A DNA stretch of 63,512 bases, counting the filler, from Octopus bimaculoides (Eukaryota): NCBI RefSeq assembly GCF_001194135.2. It is 5 parts of 5 records of this genome, joined end to end, with 100 filler letters (N's around TTAATTAATTAA, not from the genome) between each part and the next. Parts side by side here need not be neighbours in the genome. Positions count along the whole stretch, not along the records: positions 10,290 to 39,465 come from NC_068988.1; 4 more parts are not named here. One strand, given 5' to 3'. Position numbers and translations under genes: made by a program. Each line of letters starts with the position of its first letter. Positions within the stretch are counted from its first letter, which is position 1. Below, in pieces: positions 24,074-37,056 of the stretch. Under the pieces are notes generated by a model. That model made no database searches. It saw only the letters and a list, made by a program, of their open reading frames with translations, and was not told where the DNA came from.

Positions 24074-24749
24074 GTGAGATGTATGATCATAGACTTCATT
24101 TGAATAATATATGTCTCGTTTGAATCGTATTCAAAAAGAAACAAATGTGAAGTATCGTTAAGGACTATGAAATATGAAAAATATAAAAGTTATATATAAG
24201 AATTCAGTGGCGAACAAGCTATGAAAATTGTTATTCGGAACAATTATTCAATTAGTAACGTTGGAACGTGGCGAATTCGGATAAGTTCCTACACCGAGCT
24301 GAGACGAAGCTCAAACATTTTTCGTCTCTGGGCGTCATGCAAGCTGTTCTCAGGTACTTTTTTTTTTTCGACGAAGACCACCACAAGTTTCCTCGAGGAC
24401 GGGTTTATTGTTTACTCTTTAAAATGATCGTCTTTATATATAATTTAAAACTAAAAACCATGAAGGTCTTTGAAAATAATTAATTCAGTAAATTAAAAGT
24501 GATATGTAGCATATATTGATGGGACGTCAGAGATATATTAATGATTTCGAGAATTGCACAGCTATGGCTGTGCGGTGAGAAACTTGCTTTGCAGCCACGT
24601 TGATTCGGATTCAGTCTCACTGTGCTGCACCTGCAGTTCGTATCTTCTTCTACAGCTCCGGGCCGACCAATGCCTTGTGAGTGAATTTGGTGGAGAGAAA
24701 CTGTGGAAACCCGTTCTATTTGTGTTTGTGAAGGCGCATTGCTTAATGA

Positions 24750-25025
24750 TTAGGGTCTTCTGCTCAGGATCTCATGGTCGTGAGTTAGATTCCCGACGGC
24801 ATTTTGTTTGCAAGGCACTTCATTTCGCATTGCCCCAGTCCACTCAGCTGGCAAAACGAGGCCCTGTAACACTGTTTCACGCTGAATCTCCCTGAGTACT
24901 GCATTAAAAGCACCCGTGTCTGTGGAATGCTCAACCACTTGCACATTAATTTTAAGAGAGAGGTTGTTCCAGTGATCGGATCAACTGGAACCCTTGTCGT
25001 TGTAACCGAAGGAGTGCCATTGTTT
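24750..25025 (+). mobile_element. Degenerate, internally deleted family C SINE
   Basis: Shares the head and the gatcggatcaactggaaccct 3' segment. Confidence 0.7.
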
Positions 25026-26759
25026 GTATGTATTCGTATAAACCTTCTCCCCATTTTCTAACCGGTTGTTAGTTTATTATTCGCAATCCAGTAAAAGAGA
25101 TCAATTGAATAAGTATCAAGCTTGAAAAATAAGTACTGGGGTCTGTTTGTTCGACTAACCCCTTCAGGGTGGAGCCACAACGTAGTTGCAATCCAATGAC
25201 TGAAACATGTAAAAGATTAATAAAAAAAAATTCCTCTTTGTATTTAGCTTGTCCAAAACATTATCTTGTTCATACGCTACTTTTTTAAACTCACATTAGT
25301 AAATTCCTTTATGACTGAGAACGAATAAGGTTAAGTAGTATGTTTAAGTGTGGGATATTTCATTTAACTAAACTAATTTTTTTATTGGTTTCGTAATTTG
25401 TTACACGGCCAACAGTTTGGGGGAAATGGGTAAGTTGGTTAGACCTCAGTGCTCAACTAATACTTATTTTATCGACCCTCGAAAGGATGATGAAAGGTGA
25501 AGTCGACCTTGGCGGAATTTGAACTCAGAATGTAAAGAAGGACGAATGCAACTAAGCCCGGCGTGCTAACGATTGTGCAAGCTCGTCTCTTTAACTAACT
25601 TTTCTATTAAAATTAATATTATTTGCAATGATTTACGAGATGTGCAGTGTGATTTAAACAATAAAGTACACAGACATCAATACAAGTCAGATTAATTCGT
25701 CACCACTGTTGTTCAAAGCCGTTTTAAGGTCGCTCGGTAGCCTCATGGGTCTACATACCCGATTCTGATTATGTATGCTTTCCCCAGAGCATCGGTTTTC
25801 CAAGGGGTCTTTAATGCTACAAAGACAGCCCTGCTGCTGTTGTTCATGAGAAGTTTCTTATTTGCCCAAGAAAGGAAATAAAAATTGTCTCTTCACTTTT
25901 TAAGCCAAACTAGAAACTAGTTTCATTGAAGTGTCTAATCCTAGGTTGTCCTCGATGTTGAGGTCAACTTTGTTGTTACTTACTCCCAGTTAGGCTCTGA
26001 TCGAGTAGACCTATGATCAAAGACGTCCCATCCATGGCCAATACTTTGGAGTTATTTCATATCCAGGACGACATTATTCAATGTGTCCGTCTGTTTTAGA
26101 AACAGTAGTTTCATGTAAGGGAAAATATGCTGCTATTTCTACTTATGAGAAACATTTGACATGATGGGTTGATATCGTAGAAATAGCAGCTAAATTTCTC
26201 TAAAAGTAACCTTACTGGCTAAAACAAGAATACATTGCATAATATATGTATTCTAAAAACAACAACAAAAAAAGAGGTGATCATGATTAGGACGTGTTTC
26301 ATCTGCAGACCACCACCTGTAGATCAAGGATTATCTCAGACTAGACAGTAATATATATTTCGTTTAGTGAATCCTGAGATATCCAAATATTAATTTCGTA
26401 GAGAACACAGAAAAAAAACAGGATGGAAAATATCTTCATATCTCTCCCCCTCCCACCTCTCTCTCCCTCTCACCTCTCCCTCCCTCTCTAATCTTTATAT
26501 GTTCGTTCTCTCTCTCTCTCACATCTTTTACAGCATCCATCTTTTTCTTCCATGTCTCTCAATTTGATTTACCTACGTTATTCTCATCTTTCTCCTTGTA
26601 CGTTTTACGTCATGAATCAAAATTTTGATCGTAAATCACTGAATACAAAATAAATCGATTCAATGTTTAAATCATGGTCCAATGTTTACGTCATAGATAA
26701 ATATATGCGTCATAGCTGCTTAAATCAATATTTTTTTTTATATATATATATCATTACAG

Positions 26760-26856
26760 TATACGGATTGCTGTGAACAGAAAACATCAGCCAGAAGATA
26801 TCGACAAAGTGGTTAATGTCTTGCGAGGAGCCACCAAGGAGATTCTATCGCTATAA
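26760..26856 (+). CDS. SPTLC1: SPTLC1 last coding exon: (S)IRIAVNRKHQPEDIDKVVNVLRGATKEILSL*
   Basis: Acceptor tcattacag|, TAA stop at 26854-26856. Aligns with the human C-terminus [31 protein letters not shown]. Confidence 0.88.
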
Positions 26857-26971
26857 ACACATACACACACAAAAAGAGACATACATATATGCATACATAC
26901 ATGCAAACATTATATATATATATATATATGTACTGTTGATGTCATAATGCTATAAACTTTTGAGAGAGCAC

Positions 26972-27219
26972 TGGATCTCGAAGCACATCACATAATGCTA
27001 TAGATAATAGCATGTAAATATTGGGTTGAAAAACCCTTTTTGACCGAAAAGGTCGAAGGCCGTCCATGGGAAATCGAACCCACATCTCCTGTCGTGTCTA
27101 TAAAAAGGTGTGGGTTCGAGTCCCAAGGGCAGCCTTCGACTTTCCTATCCAAAAGGGTTTTTCAACCCAATATTTACGTGCTATTATCTATAGCTTTATG
27201 TGATGTGCTTCGAGATCCA
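26972..27219. repeat. ~250-bp near-perfect palindrome (hairpin) 115 nt downstream of the SPTLC1 stop
   Basis: tggatctcgaagcacatcacata..gtcgaaggc pairs with gccttcgac..tatgtgatgtgcttcgagatcca. The inner stem includes tcgaacccaca / tgtgggttcga. Confidence 0.9.
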
Positions 27220-30200
27220 TTCTGTTATATACTTTCATATACGTGTGAAAAAGTCTTCTTGGTTATCTTCAAGACGTGGAGACATACCATGATCTCTCAC
27301 TACTTTATATTTCAGTGCCGGAAATAATGGACATGATAGAACTCGTTGCTGTGAAAACAGAAATTATAAAATGTTTACCATGAAAACAACACTAGTGACA
27401 GACTAATTTTCTCAGTGAACTAGGAACACATTTCATCATCATTAATTTTAATTTTTACTATGGCAGTGGATGGCCGAATCAACTGAACGTTGAACGAAAT
27501 TATTTGTATTTAGTTACATTACTCTTTACGTTCTGAGTTCAAATCCCACAGAAATTTACCTTTCATCATTCCGAAATCAATAAAATAAAGAACCAGTGCA
27601 GTGCTGGGTTCAATTTAATTGACAATACCTTCCCTCCAAAATTTATGATTTTTGTTCCAATATCAGAATCGTTAGCACACCGGGCAAAATACTTAGCGCA
27701 ATTTCATCTGTCTACGTTTTGCGTTCAAATTCCGCCGAGGTTGACTTTGTCTTTCCTGCTTTCGGGGTCGATAACATAAGTACCAGTTGAACACTTGTGT
27801 CGATACAATCGACTTAACCCCTCTCCCAAAATCGCTGGCCTTGTGCCAAAATTTGAAACCAATATTAGAAAATCAGTGTACGGAAATTCACAAGGTCGTC
27901 ATTGATTGTCATCTTATTGTGGTAACGAGATTTTTTTTTTTTTTTTACAGTTTCTGCTCTTTTTATTCTGTGTTCAAGTCTTCCTGCGGTTAACTTTACC
28001 CTTTGTCTTTCCAAGGTCGATAAAATAAAAATTCTAGTCAAGTCGAAAAAAAAAAATTATAGCATGAAGCTTATATCAGGCTTGACCCTAGAGTGAAACA
28101 GAAATTCTAAACCTTAAAAGAAATTTCACGTTTTTAATAGACAGGTTGCTTTCAGAGCGTTCTCATAGATCACCGCACTGATAAATTTCAAATAAACACC
28201 ATACTGATAAGTATGAAAATAGTTTAGCTATACTTTAGTTATGTGTGCAATATAAGATCAATTAACACAAGGCGCAAAGTTAATCTAACAAGAATCCATA
28301 GGTACAAGAACTGGAATCGATCTGATATGAAAATAACCAACTTACTACATTTGAGACCTTGAGCCTTGGTCAGAACACAATTTGATTGATCCACCTGATA
28401 TTGAAAGTTGGTGGTTAGGAGTAAAAGGATGAGCGGGAATGTGGTTATGAAAATGCTTGAGTTGTAAATATAATAAAATACTGGAATGAATGGGTCGTGA
28501 ACCGTTCCACATACGTGAACTATGTACTCTTTTGTGGGTTGACTTTCGTTTGTTTTAAAGTAACTAGGTCTCTGTTCGTCGCTACACTGCCGGTAAAAAT
28601 ATTTGTTAATCATGCACGTACCTTCTTTTAGAATTAGGCTGTTATATAGTGGAAATCTCGTTAGTTCCTATGGTAACAACACATTACTTATCCCTCTCTC
28701 TTTCTTTCTCTCTCTCACTGAATTTCTCTCAACAACAACCACCTGTGATAGTGAAAGTCTTTTTTAAACTCTGTGTTGCTGTGTCTATGTTGAATGACAC
28801 ACACGCACGCACGCGCGCGTGACCAAAACAATAACTATTTATATTGTTATAGAGTGGAAGATTTTTTTTTAAGCCTGTGTTGCATTGTGTTTACAGACTT
28901 GCACTTAAAATTCTCGTATTTTTAATCAAAACTTGTTAGCTACTAGGCTGGCAACACTACCTATCTATCTCTCACACACACACAAACACACTATCTCTGT
29001 ATTTCTCTCAACTTCAACAGCTTTTCTCCTCTCCTGCCTCCCCTCCTTCACATATAAGTTGTAACGAGGATCTGCTTAAGATTTTCAGTGAAATAGCTGT
29101 TCAAGACAAGAAATTATAATTTGCTCGCTCGAAAATATAACCCATCTTCTGTGATATAATCTTGGTTTAAAGGGGGAACGTGTGGTGTTCATTAAAAGTC
29201 AGTTAATACTATTGTAAGGGATATAATTTGCCGATACTCACCACAGTAAAACAAAATGCTTGTTATCACTAGTACTTACTGAAAGGTTATTTTATTAGAT
29301 TAAGAATCTCCTTTATCTATAAACAAGCTGTCACAATCAGGTGATACAATATTAAGTGTTACATTGACATGTGAATTAAGAATACACTTTCTTATCAGGT
29401 GCATTTTTCAAGAGCACTAAATATGAAACGTTCTTTTGTTAGGTAAGCATGTATAGGCTTTGCATGCTTATCTAACTTAGAATGAGTTACCTAAATGTCA
29501 CACGAGTACAGCTCACTTATGTACAACGGTGCATTAACGATACAGTCTAATACTTTAGCTTCACACCTGAAACCCTTTGTAACTTTATTCCTGCTTATCA
29601 TTTTGTCCCAACCAGTAGCTCACAAGAATTTGATTCGAACATTAACCTCCATAATTATCTCTGCCACCCACTGCAGAAATGTCGAAAGATACTATAAACA
29701 TTCTCCGCCTCGTCATGTTAACAAATGAAACAAGTATAATGACTTTACAGTCTATTCATCTATCTGTGTCAAAGTTCATGACAGACATTCTTATTCTCGT
29801 GTGGCATGATTATGAAGCAATGCTACGTTCAAAATATTGATCTTAGCTCTAATTATTGCTTGCTAGGTAACAACGATATATAATGAAAGAAATCAAATTA
29901 AGAGAATGTTCTATTAATATCTTAAGTAAAAACGTGAGCATCACAGTATCTTGTCTTCCTCTGCTAAAGTATAGAACCTTTGTTTTTAGCTAATCAGCAA
30001 CCAATATTTAAAGCAATGACTAATCATCGTGATAGTCTGCCTGGTCACTCAACTGATTAGAAAATATCAGCAAAATCTCCCTCGATTCGCCTTACTGTCT
30101 TAATATAGAAAGTATATTCAATAATGCCTTCCGAGATAAATTGTGCTTATGAAAAAATGTGAGGTAATAACGCTTATAATACGTTTTATTATAAAGTTTG

Positions 30201-32489
30201 TTGTATCGTGAACGACCTTGGTTTAAAATAAGTTGTTGACCTGAAAGTTTAATCTTTCAAAATGTTAAATGTCTGTCATCTCTCTACTTTTCAACATTTA
30301 CATTGTTCAGAAATGTAAAAATTAAATTATTACATAAGAATACACTCAATTTTATCAGTTATGTTGATAAAATCCCCATAATATCAAAAGGTTGAATCAA
30401 TTATTAAACAACTGGTAGCTTTTGTCTTAGCAATTCACTTCATAATCGTAATTTGTGAAAAACAAGTAAAAAGATTGAAAATGGTGTACAGTTGACCGAG
30501 CTGATAGACATTTCATGCTCAACTTATACTTTATATTAATAAAGATCCCCGAAATGTCCTTTTGTGTGGACTAAACAAACTGGTCTCTTTTGACAGCGAC
30601 AAGACGGTCACTAACACATATCTGAACTATTTTTGTAATACTACACCCTCGCTGCAACCGTTCGGCCTCTTAAATCTCTGATCCTCTCTTACAGTGACCT
30701 CATATATAACAGTGCTAAAACTGCTTCTAAAGGCTAGTTTTATTTTCGCAACCAGCAATATACAAATTGACCATTTACAAGGTTCAAATGTGATCTAGAT
30801 TGGAGTCATGTCTACACATCTAAGACGAAGTTATTGTTCTATGCACAAGCATCCAGTACTTTCTCCAAAACAAAACAAAAAAACCGTCATCCAGGTGTGT
30901 TGATAAAAGTTCACTTCTTATATAATCATTGGCTCAAATACATACTCTATCCGTGTTTTCTAACGTTTGTACACTTGCCCAAGGTGCCACGTAGTGGGAC
31001 TGAACCCGGAACCAAGCTTCTTATCACACAGCCACGCCTGCGCTTGTTTGTTTGCTTTTCTTGATGCATTAATTTGAAAAACAAAATGAAGAATCCACTT
31101 CTTGAACGATTCGACATTTCATAAAAATATTATCAGATCTTCCTAACAATTGTAATTATTTCTTTTACCATAGATTAGAAAAAGGTCAAAGTTCATCCAT
31201 TAGACGGGGTTATTATCTAAGAACATAGATATCCCTATCAGATCGTATGATTTGTAAATTACTATTTTACTCGTGTCATATGCCACCCTAGAAAACCGTG
31301 ACTGTATCTCAATTAAAACATATCGAGGCTGCCAAATCATTGATTAGTATCATAGCGTAAAGATAGGATTTTCATACACAGTAATCCCTATCTAGTTTCG
31401 ATTCTAATAAGCGTCGCGCATTATTTATCGAAAAATGTATAACCATCACTAAATCTCACACAATTTTATATTTCCCTGTATTGTAAATTTCAAATTTAAA
31501 GTTCAAATATTCCAACGTGATTTTTTCGTTTTTTTTTTTTTTTTTNNNNNNNNNNTGTTTGTTTGTTTTTTAATCTAAGCTGTGAGGGTAGAAGTTAACC
31601 AGTGGAACAACATGTAACCCAGTTTCAATTCACGGATGTAATTATCTTATTCCCTTTTACTTCGTCACAGTTTCAGATTTGCACCCCTGAAAAAAATCAT
31701 CAAATTCATTCCCATAATTTTGGTTGAGAGCAATTTGGGGGAGAGGAATGGTATCTTCTAGACGTCTATAACGGTGCTATTGTAATTCAGTGAATTACAG
31801 ATACATTAATTATCAAAATAAATGATTTCACTTCGATTTTAAATCAATGCCAAGGATACCAAACAAATAATCACTTGGTGTGATCCATTATAAAGGCACA
31901 AAGGAATTTCGTAGAAAACTTAGCGAGTTAAAAGATTAGTACATGCTGACTTAGTCTATTTGGTACTTTTATAAATTACATCATTGTGTGATGCTAGAAT
32001 TACGTAAGAAGAAGATGAAATGCAATTTCCATAGGCTTTGTAAGCTTTAACAGACTTGTTGTTGTTGTCGTTGTTGAACTTCAGCTGGTCAACGTCTTCT
32101 TGCAAAACATTGGTGGAAAGAGTACCAGAGTACCGCAACTCTAAAGAGAAATGATTGGCCAGCTTGTATATAGTAGGATCTGTGACGATAAATCTCGGTA
32201 GTGATGAAAAAAAACAAGCGCATCTAAGAGTCTTGAGCGATGCTGGTATGAATCTTGAAAGGTCAAAGGAGTAAGGGACGTTGGCGTGACGGTAGAAGAG
32301 ATAGAGGGAACTGCGTTCGATTGAATCAAGCTAGAGAGAGAGTATTTATCGAGGGCTTTCTTTTGGAAGTGATCTTGTTGAGACGCAGATTTAATAATGT
32401 TATATATATATATATATAGCGTTCGAGACATACACACTTCACGTCTGGCTGTACAGCCTTTTGTTTGTTTATTTCACCGTTTCGTTTTC

Positions 32490-32790
32490 CTGTCTTGTTT
32501 TCCGTCCGCCACTACCCTCCACGAAAACAATTTAATTTGTGTTCGTGGGAAGAACCATTTTAACGATGCGTACTGCCTTAATTCTTCGAAACGCCGGAGT
32601 TTTAATGGTGGCAGCTGATGAAGGGGATGTTTCTATGTGGCCTGCTTGTTTGTTGCACCTTGTTTACCATTTTTGTCCTTGTTCTTTTGCCACGTCATGT
32701 ACCCAGTTATGTATCTATATGTACATGTGGATGAACGTATATACATACATGTACATATATATGCATATACTCATATATTGTTTATATATA
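32490..32790 (+). repeat. Dispersed repeat, second copy at about 10290-10495 on the minus strand
   Basis: cttcgaaacgccggagttttaatggtggc...ttgcaccttgtttaccatttttgtccttgttcttttgccacgtcatgtacccag is shared by both copies. Confidence 0.75.
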
Positions 32791-33058
32791 TNNNNNNNNN
32801 NNNNNNNNNNNNNNNNNNNNNNNNNNNNNNNNNNNNNNNNNNNNNNNNNNNNNNNNNNNNNNNNNNNNNNNNNNNNNNNNNNNNNNNNNNNNNNNNNNNN
32901 NNNNNNNNNNNNNNNNNNNNNNNNNNNNNNNNNNNNNNNNNNNNNNNNNNNNNNNNNNNNNNNNNNNNNNNNNNNNNNNNNNNNNNNNNNNNNNNNNNNN
33001 NNNNNNNNNNNNNNNNNNNNNNNNNNNNNNNNNNNNNNNNNNNNNNNNNNNNNNNNNN

Positions 33059-33320
33059 CCTAAAGCTCCACGAGGCTCCAGCAGGGGATGGTGGCGAACC
33101 CTACTTCTCTCACTCTTACTTCCTGTTTCTGTTGTGCCTGTAATTCAAAGGGTCGGCCTTGTCACACTGTGTCACGCTGAATGTCCCCGAGAATTACGTT
33201 AAGGGTACACGTGTCTGTGGAGTGCTCAGCCACTTGCACGTTAATTTCACGAGCAGACTGTTCCGTTGATCGGATCAACTGGAACCCTCGACGTCGTAAG
33301 CGACGGAGTGCCAACAACAG
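33059..33320 (+). mobile_element. Family C SINE, 5' end in gap
   Basis: Reverse complement of about 16505-16780. Confidence 0.85.
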
Positions 33321-34659
33321 CATATATATATATGTGTGTGTGTATAGAGTGTTAGGTGTTGTGTATATATATATATATATATATGTATACATATATATAT
33401 ATAAGGTCACGATGAGAAGCCATCAGACATTGACTATGAAGCTAAGCATTTGTAACTTTGAGGGTTTTGTGGTGTATGAAGAGCGTAGAACATCATTTTG
33501 CTTGGCAAGTGTAACCAGTGAACCATTGTGTCACTGTGTTACTTAATAAGACTGTTAGACATGTATTTTGTCCAATGGAAGTTATTTTCAATGTCTTTCT
33601 TCACGAAACAAAACATGTCAGGTTAGATTCTGTTTGGATGATGCCAATGTTAACGAATAATGAAGGGCGTAATCATTTGCACAAGTGTGTTTAGAAGAAA
33701 CACGAAGTAGGCTAATAACGCATAACATGAAGCATGTCGGAATAACGCATAACAGGTAGCATTGCCAAAAGCCTCGAGTCTCATGATAAACTGGCTCGCA
33801 AAGCATGCGAAAAGACATGTCGGAAACGTAACCGAAACTTGGACTGATGCAATACTCCTCAGAGACAGCCCAAACAGTACATGCTGCAATTTTGGCAGCC
33901 TATCAGGAAACCTTCGACTCGAAAAATAAAAAGACATAAAAAGGCAATAAGCAAACAGCATAGCTAAGTGATCCACATGTCACACACGATCAAATGCTTT
34001 ATTAGTGCTTAGGTGAACATTTCTTTTGAAGGTTCTCAGGGGCAAAAAGAAAAAAACCCACTGGTGTATAGCATAATTCTCGATAAATCTATCTTTGCAG
34101 AAATCGTACAGGCAGCCACTAAGACATGGCATAAAGACTCAAGATAATGACAGGAATACTTGCTTATGATTGTCATTATGAATGCTGCAGCATAGTAGGG
34201 CTGTCGTTGAAATTGTTTCCCTCGGGAATGAAACATCATTGTGTGCTTCCATGAATTAAAATAGATCCCAATAGGATAAACTAAAGAGTTTGGTGAGAAT
34301 ATCTGGGGTTAATATTTAAGCATCACTACTTCAGGGTCGAAAAAGATGTTTTTGCTGTTGCCATTTTTGTTGTTGTTGTTTTGTGAAGCAGAGCTACACT
34401 CAAAGATATTCAAGGTCGTATTTCAGTCAAAAATTGTGTACTCACTGGCCTACTTTACTCATTTATCTAATATATATATATTTTATGCAGTAAAGTATTT
34501 ATAAGGAGGGTTGGCTGCTGATTATTGCAGATCTTATGACCACATAGAGGTTTCTTCATTGCTTCAGAATCAGAAAGTAGTGTGCTTACATTCTTATATT
34601 TTCCTCCTACTGCTAAGACTTTCTAACACTCGCGCGCGCACGCACACACATTCATTAAT

Positions 34660-34753
34660 GACAGACAGACAGACAGATAGATAGATAGGGAGGGAGGGAA
34701 AGACAGACAGACAAACAGACAGAATCCCCTGACAGACAGACAGACAGAATCCC

Positions 34754-34787
<34 letters not shown>

Positions 34788-34815
34788 ATCCCCTGACAGA
34801 CAGACAGACAGACAA
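34660..34815. repeat. (GACA)n microsatellite interrupted by repeated gaatccc units
   Basis: Read directly from the sequence. Confidence 0.9.
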
Positions 34816-36546
34816 GTAGACGGATAGAGTTGAGAGCTTAAGTAGTTTCCTTCAAATAAATTTCCCTCTCAAGGCTGTTGCAGAGCATAAAGTTTCTCTA
34901 GGAGGCAGAGTTAATAATTAATGACACTAAGAAAATCTCCAGGACCATAGGCCATTTTTCGAGAATTGCTGAAACATACAAAATTATCGCTCAAAATCAA
35001 TCTTTTCACTCTGATCCTGAAAATAGGGGAAAGCCAGCGAGTCTTATTTGCATTTAAAGATCTAAAAATTCTTCTAAACCGTCTCTAAATCATTGTCAAA
35101 GTGATTTTCGCCCATCTTTTGGTCCAACTCACATGATTTTCTGAGTAAGACAATTGCAGAGAAAAACAGAAACCCCTGTTGTTTGTCTTATACGATCTAA
35201 AAAAAATTGTTGACAGTGTACCAACAGACGTCATGCTCTTCCAAGTTTTGATTGTCCAAATCACTTCAGCTCAGTGTTTTAAGCACTACTCGACAATGTC
35301 ATGTTATGTTCAGAACCAAATCTTTCAGGTAAAGAAAAAAGAAATGATATAATAAAAATGATGTGTACACGATCCACATTTTCTAAACTATCGCCAAGAA
35401 CAGCTTTATTGGTTATGATGGTCAGAGCATTGCAAAAACCCTCGAGTCTCATGATAAACTGGCTTGCAAAGCATGCGAAAAGTGTTTATTTTCAGCAGGC
35501 CACGACGAAGTGGTTAGCTACCGAAGAAACGCAAAGTAGAAAAAGTCGATGAAAGGTCAAATAGAAAGGTCAAATGTACATGTGTGGCTAGCAGTTGTGA
35601 AATAATACATGCAATATAATCAGTCTTTCAGTAAGTTGAACGAAGAGTATTGTCAATTTATGAAACAACAACAACTACTACTACTACTACTACTATTGAA
35701 AACGAAATCATTTTCAAGCGAATACGCTGAAAACTTTCCCAATATTTTGTTTTACATAGTGAGTTCATCAATCAGGGAAAGCAAATTACAGGGAAGTAAC
35801 TCTTACCTACTTTAAAATGTTCTGTGGTGAATTTTTTTAGTCATTGGAAAGTTACATTGTACCCAGGTATTTTACACATTTTTAGTTCTAGGTAAATTCT
35901 TATAAATAAGCGATCTAATTTCCAAACATATTTATAAAAACTAAGTACTTAATATAAAATACTTAGAAATTTCTAAATTTTATTCATGAAAACTAGGGAT
36001 AATAAAAGGTATTTTGAAAGTTAACCATAACTTTTATTGACTGAATGAAAGTTTATCCAAGATTACTTGAACATATTCACATTCAATTTCTCTTAAATCA
36101 ACTCATTACAAGTGTAATGAAGTTTTGCTTCCAACTGGGGCTCGATTAGAAGTCGTCTAGATGCATTTTTAGGTCTCTTAAAAACAACCCCTGAAACATA
36201 TTTAATTTCAAATTTCTGAAATCTATTTTGTCAGCATATTTCATAATTGTATTATTTTTTTTTATAAATTTCTGAATTGCTCAAATCTGCAAGAAAACTA
36301 ATCAGTTAGAACTTTTTAAGATTATTACAGATAGTTTCTTTAAAATTTCTTTGCTCTTGGGATATACTTGAAACGTTTACTTACCAGATAATGCTCAATA
36401 TACTGAGTTTACTTTTATTTAAGCCCTTCGCTCCCTACAGAGCATGAGCCATCGGTGGCTTTTCTCCACAGTTCTCGACTCTGAGACCCAGATTTTGTTG
36501 GTTATGAATTGTCATCGATTCTTCTATAATTTTACGTTCTCTAGGT

Positions 36547-37056
36547 CAGTGGTTCCCAACCTGCGGTACGCGTACCAATATTGGTACGCGAGGGCTTTCC
36601 AGGTGGTACGCGAGCACTTTCGGGGTAATATGCGATTTTTAGTTTGTGCCTTTTCCAATATTCGGTCAGCATGTGATTAATGCTCTCCAAATCAATCAAC
36701 TTTCCCAGTCTTTTATGTTTTACCTAGTGAGTTCGTCAATCAGGGAAAGTGGATTACAGAGAAATAACTCTTACCCACTTTAAAACAGTGAGCTGAAGTG
36801 ATTTGGACAATCAAAACGTTAGAAGAGCCATCTGCATGACGTCTGTTGGTACACTGTCGCATTGACCAGCTGGTGGAGAAGAAGCAGATTCAGCCCTCGC
36901 ATTAAATTGAGTTGTGTTCTTTGTTGTTAATTCATTTGTGATTAAATTGATATCTGATCGAATTGAGTTTTTCTGGAACCATGGAACCAGGTTGTACCCG
37001 GCGGCTATACGAAACCTCTAAGTGGTACGCGATCACGAAAAGGTTGGGAATCACTG
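36547..37056 (+). mobile_element. hAT-Charlie MITE / deletion derivative
   Basis: TIRs CAGTGGTTCCCAACCT / AGGTTGGGAATCACTG and an exact 8-bp TSD CTCTAGGT (36539-46, 37057-64). Internal remnant IDQLVEKKQIQPSH* resembles Charlie/Buster C-termini. Confidence 0.9.
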
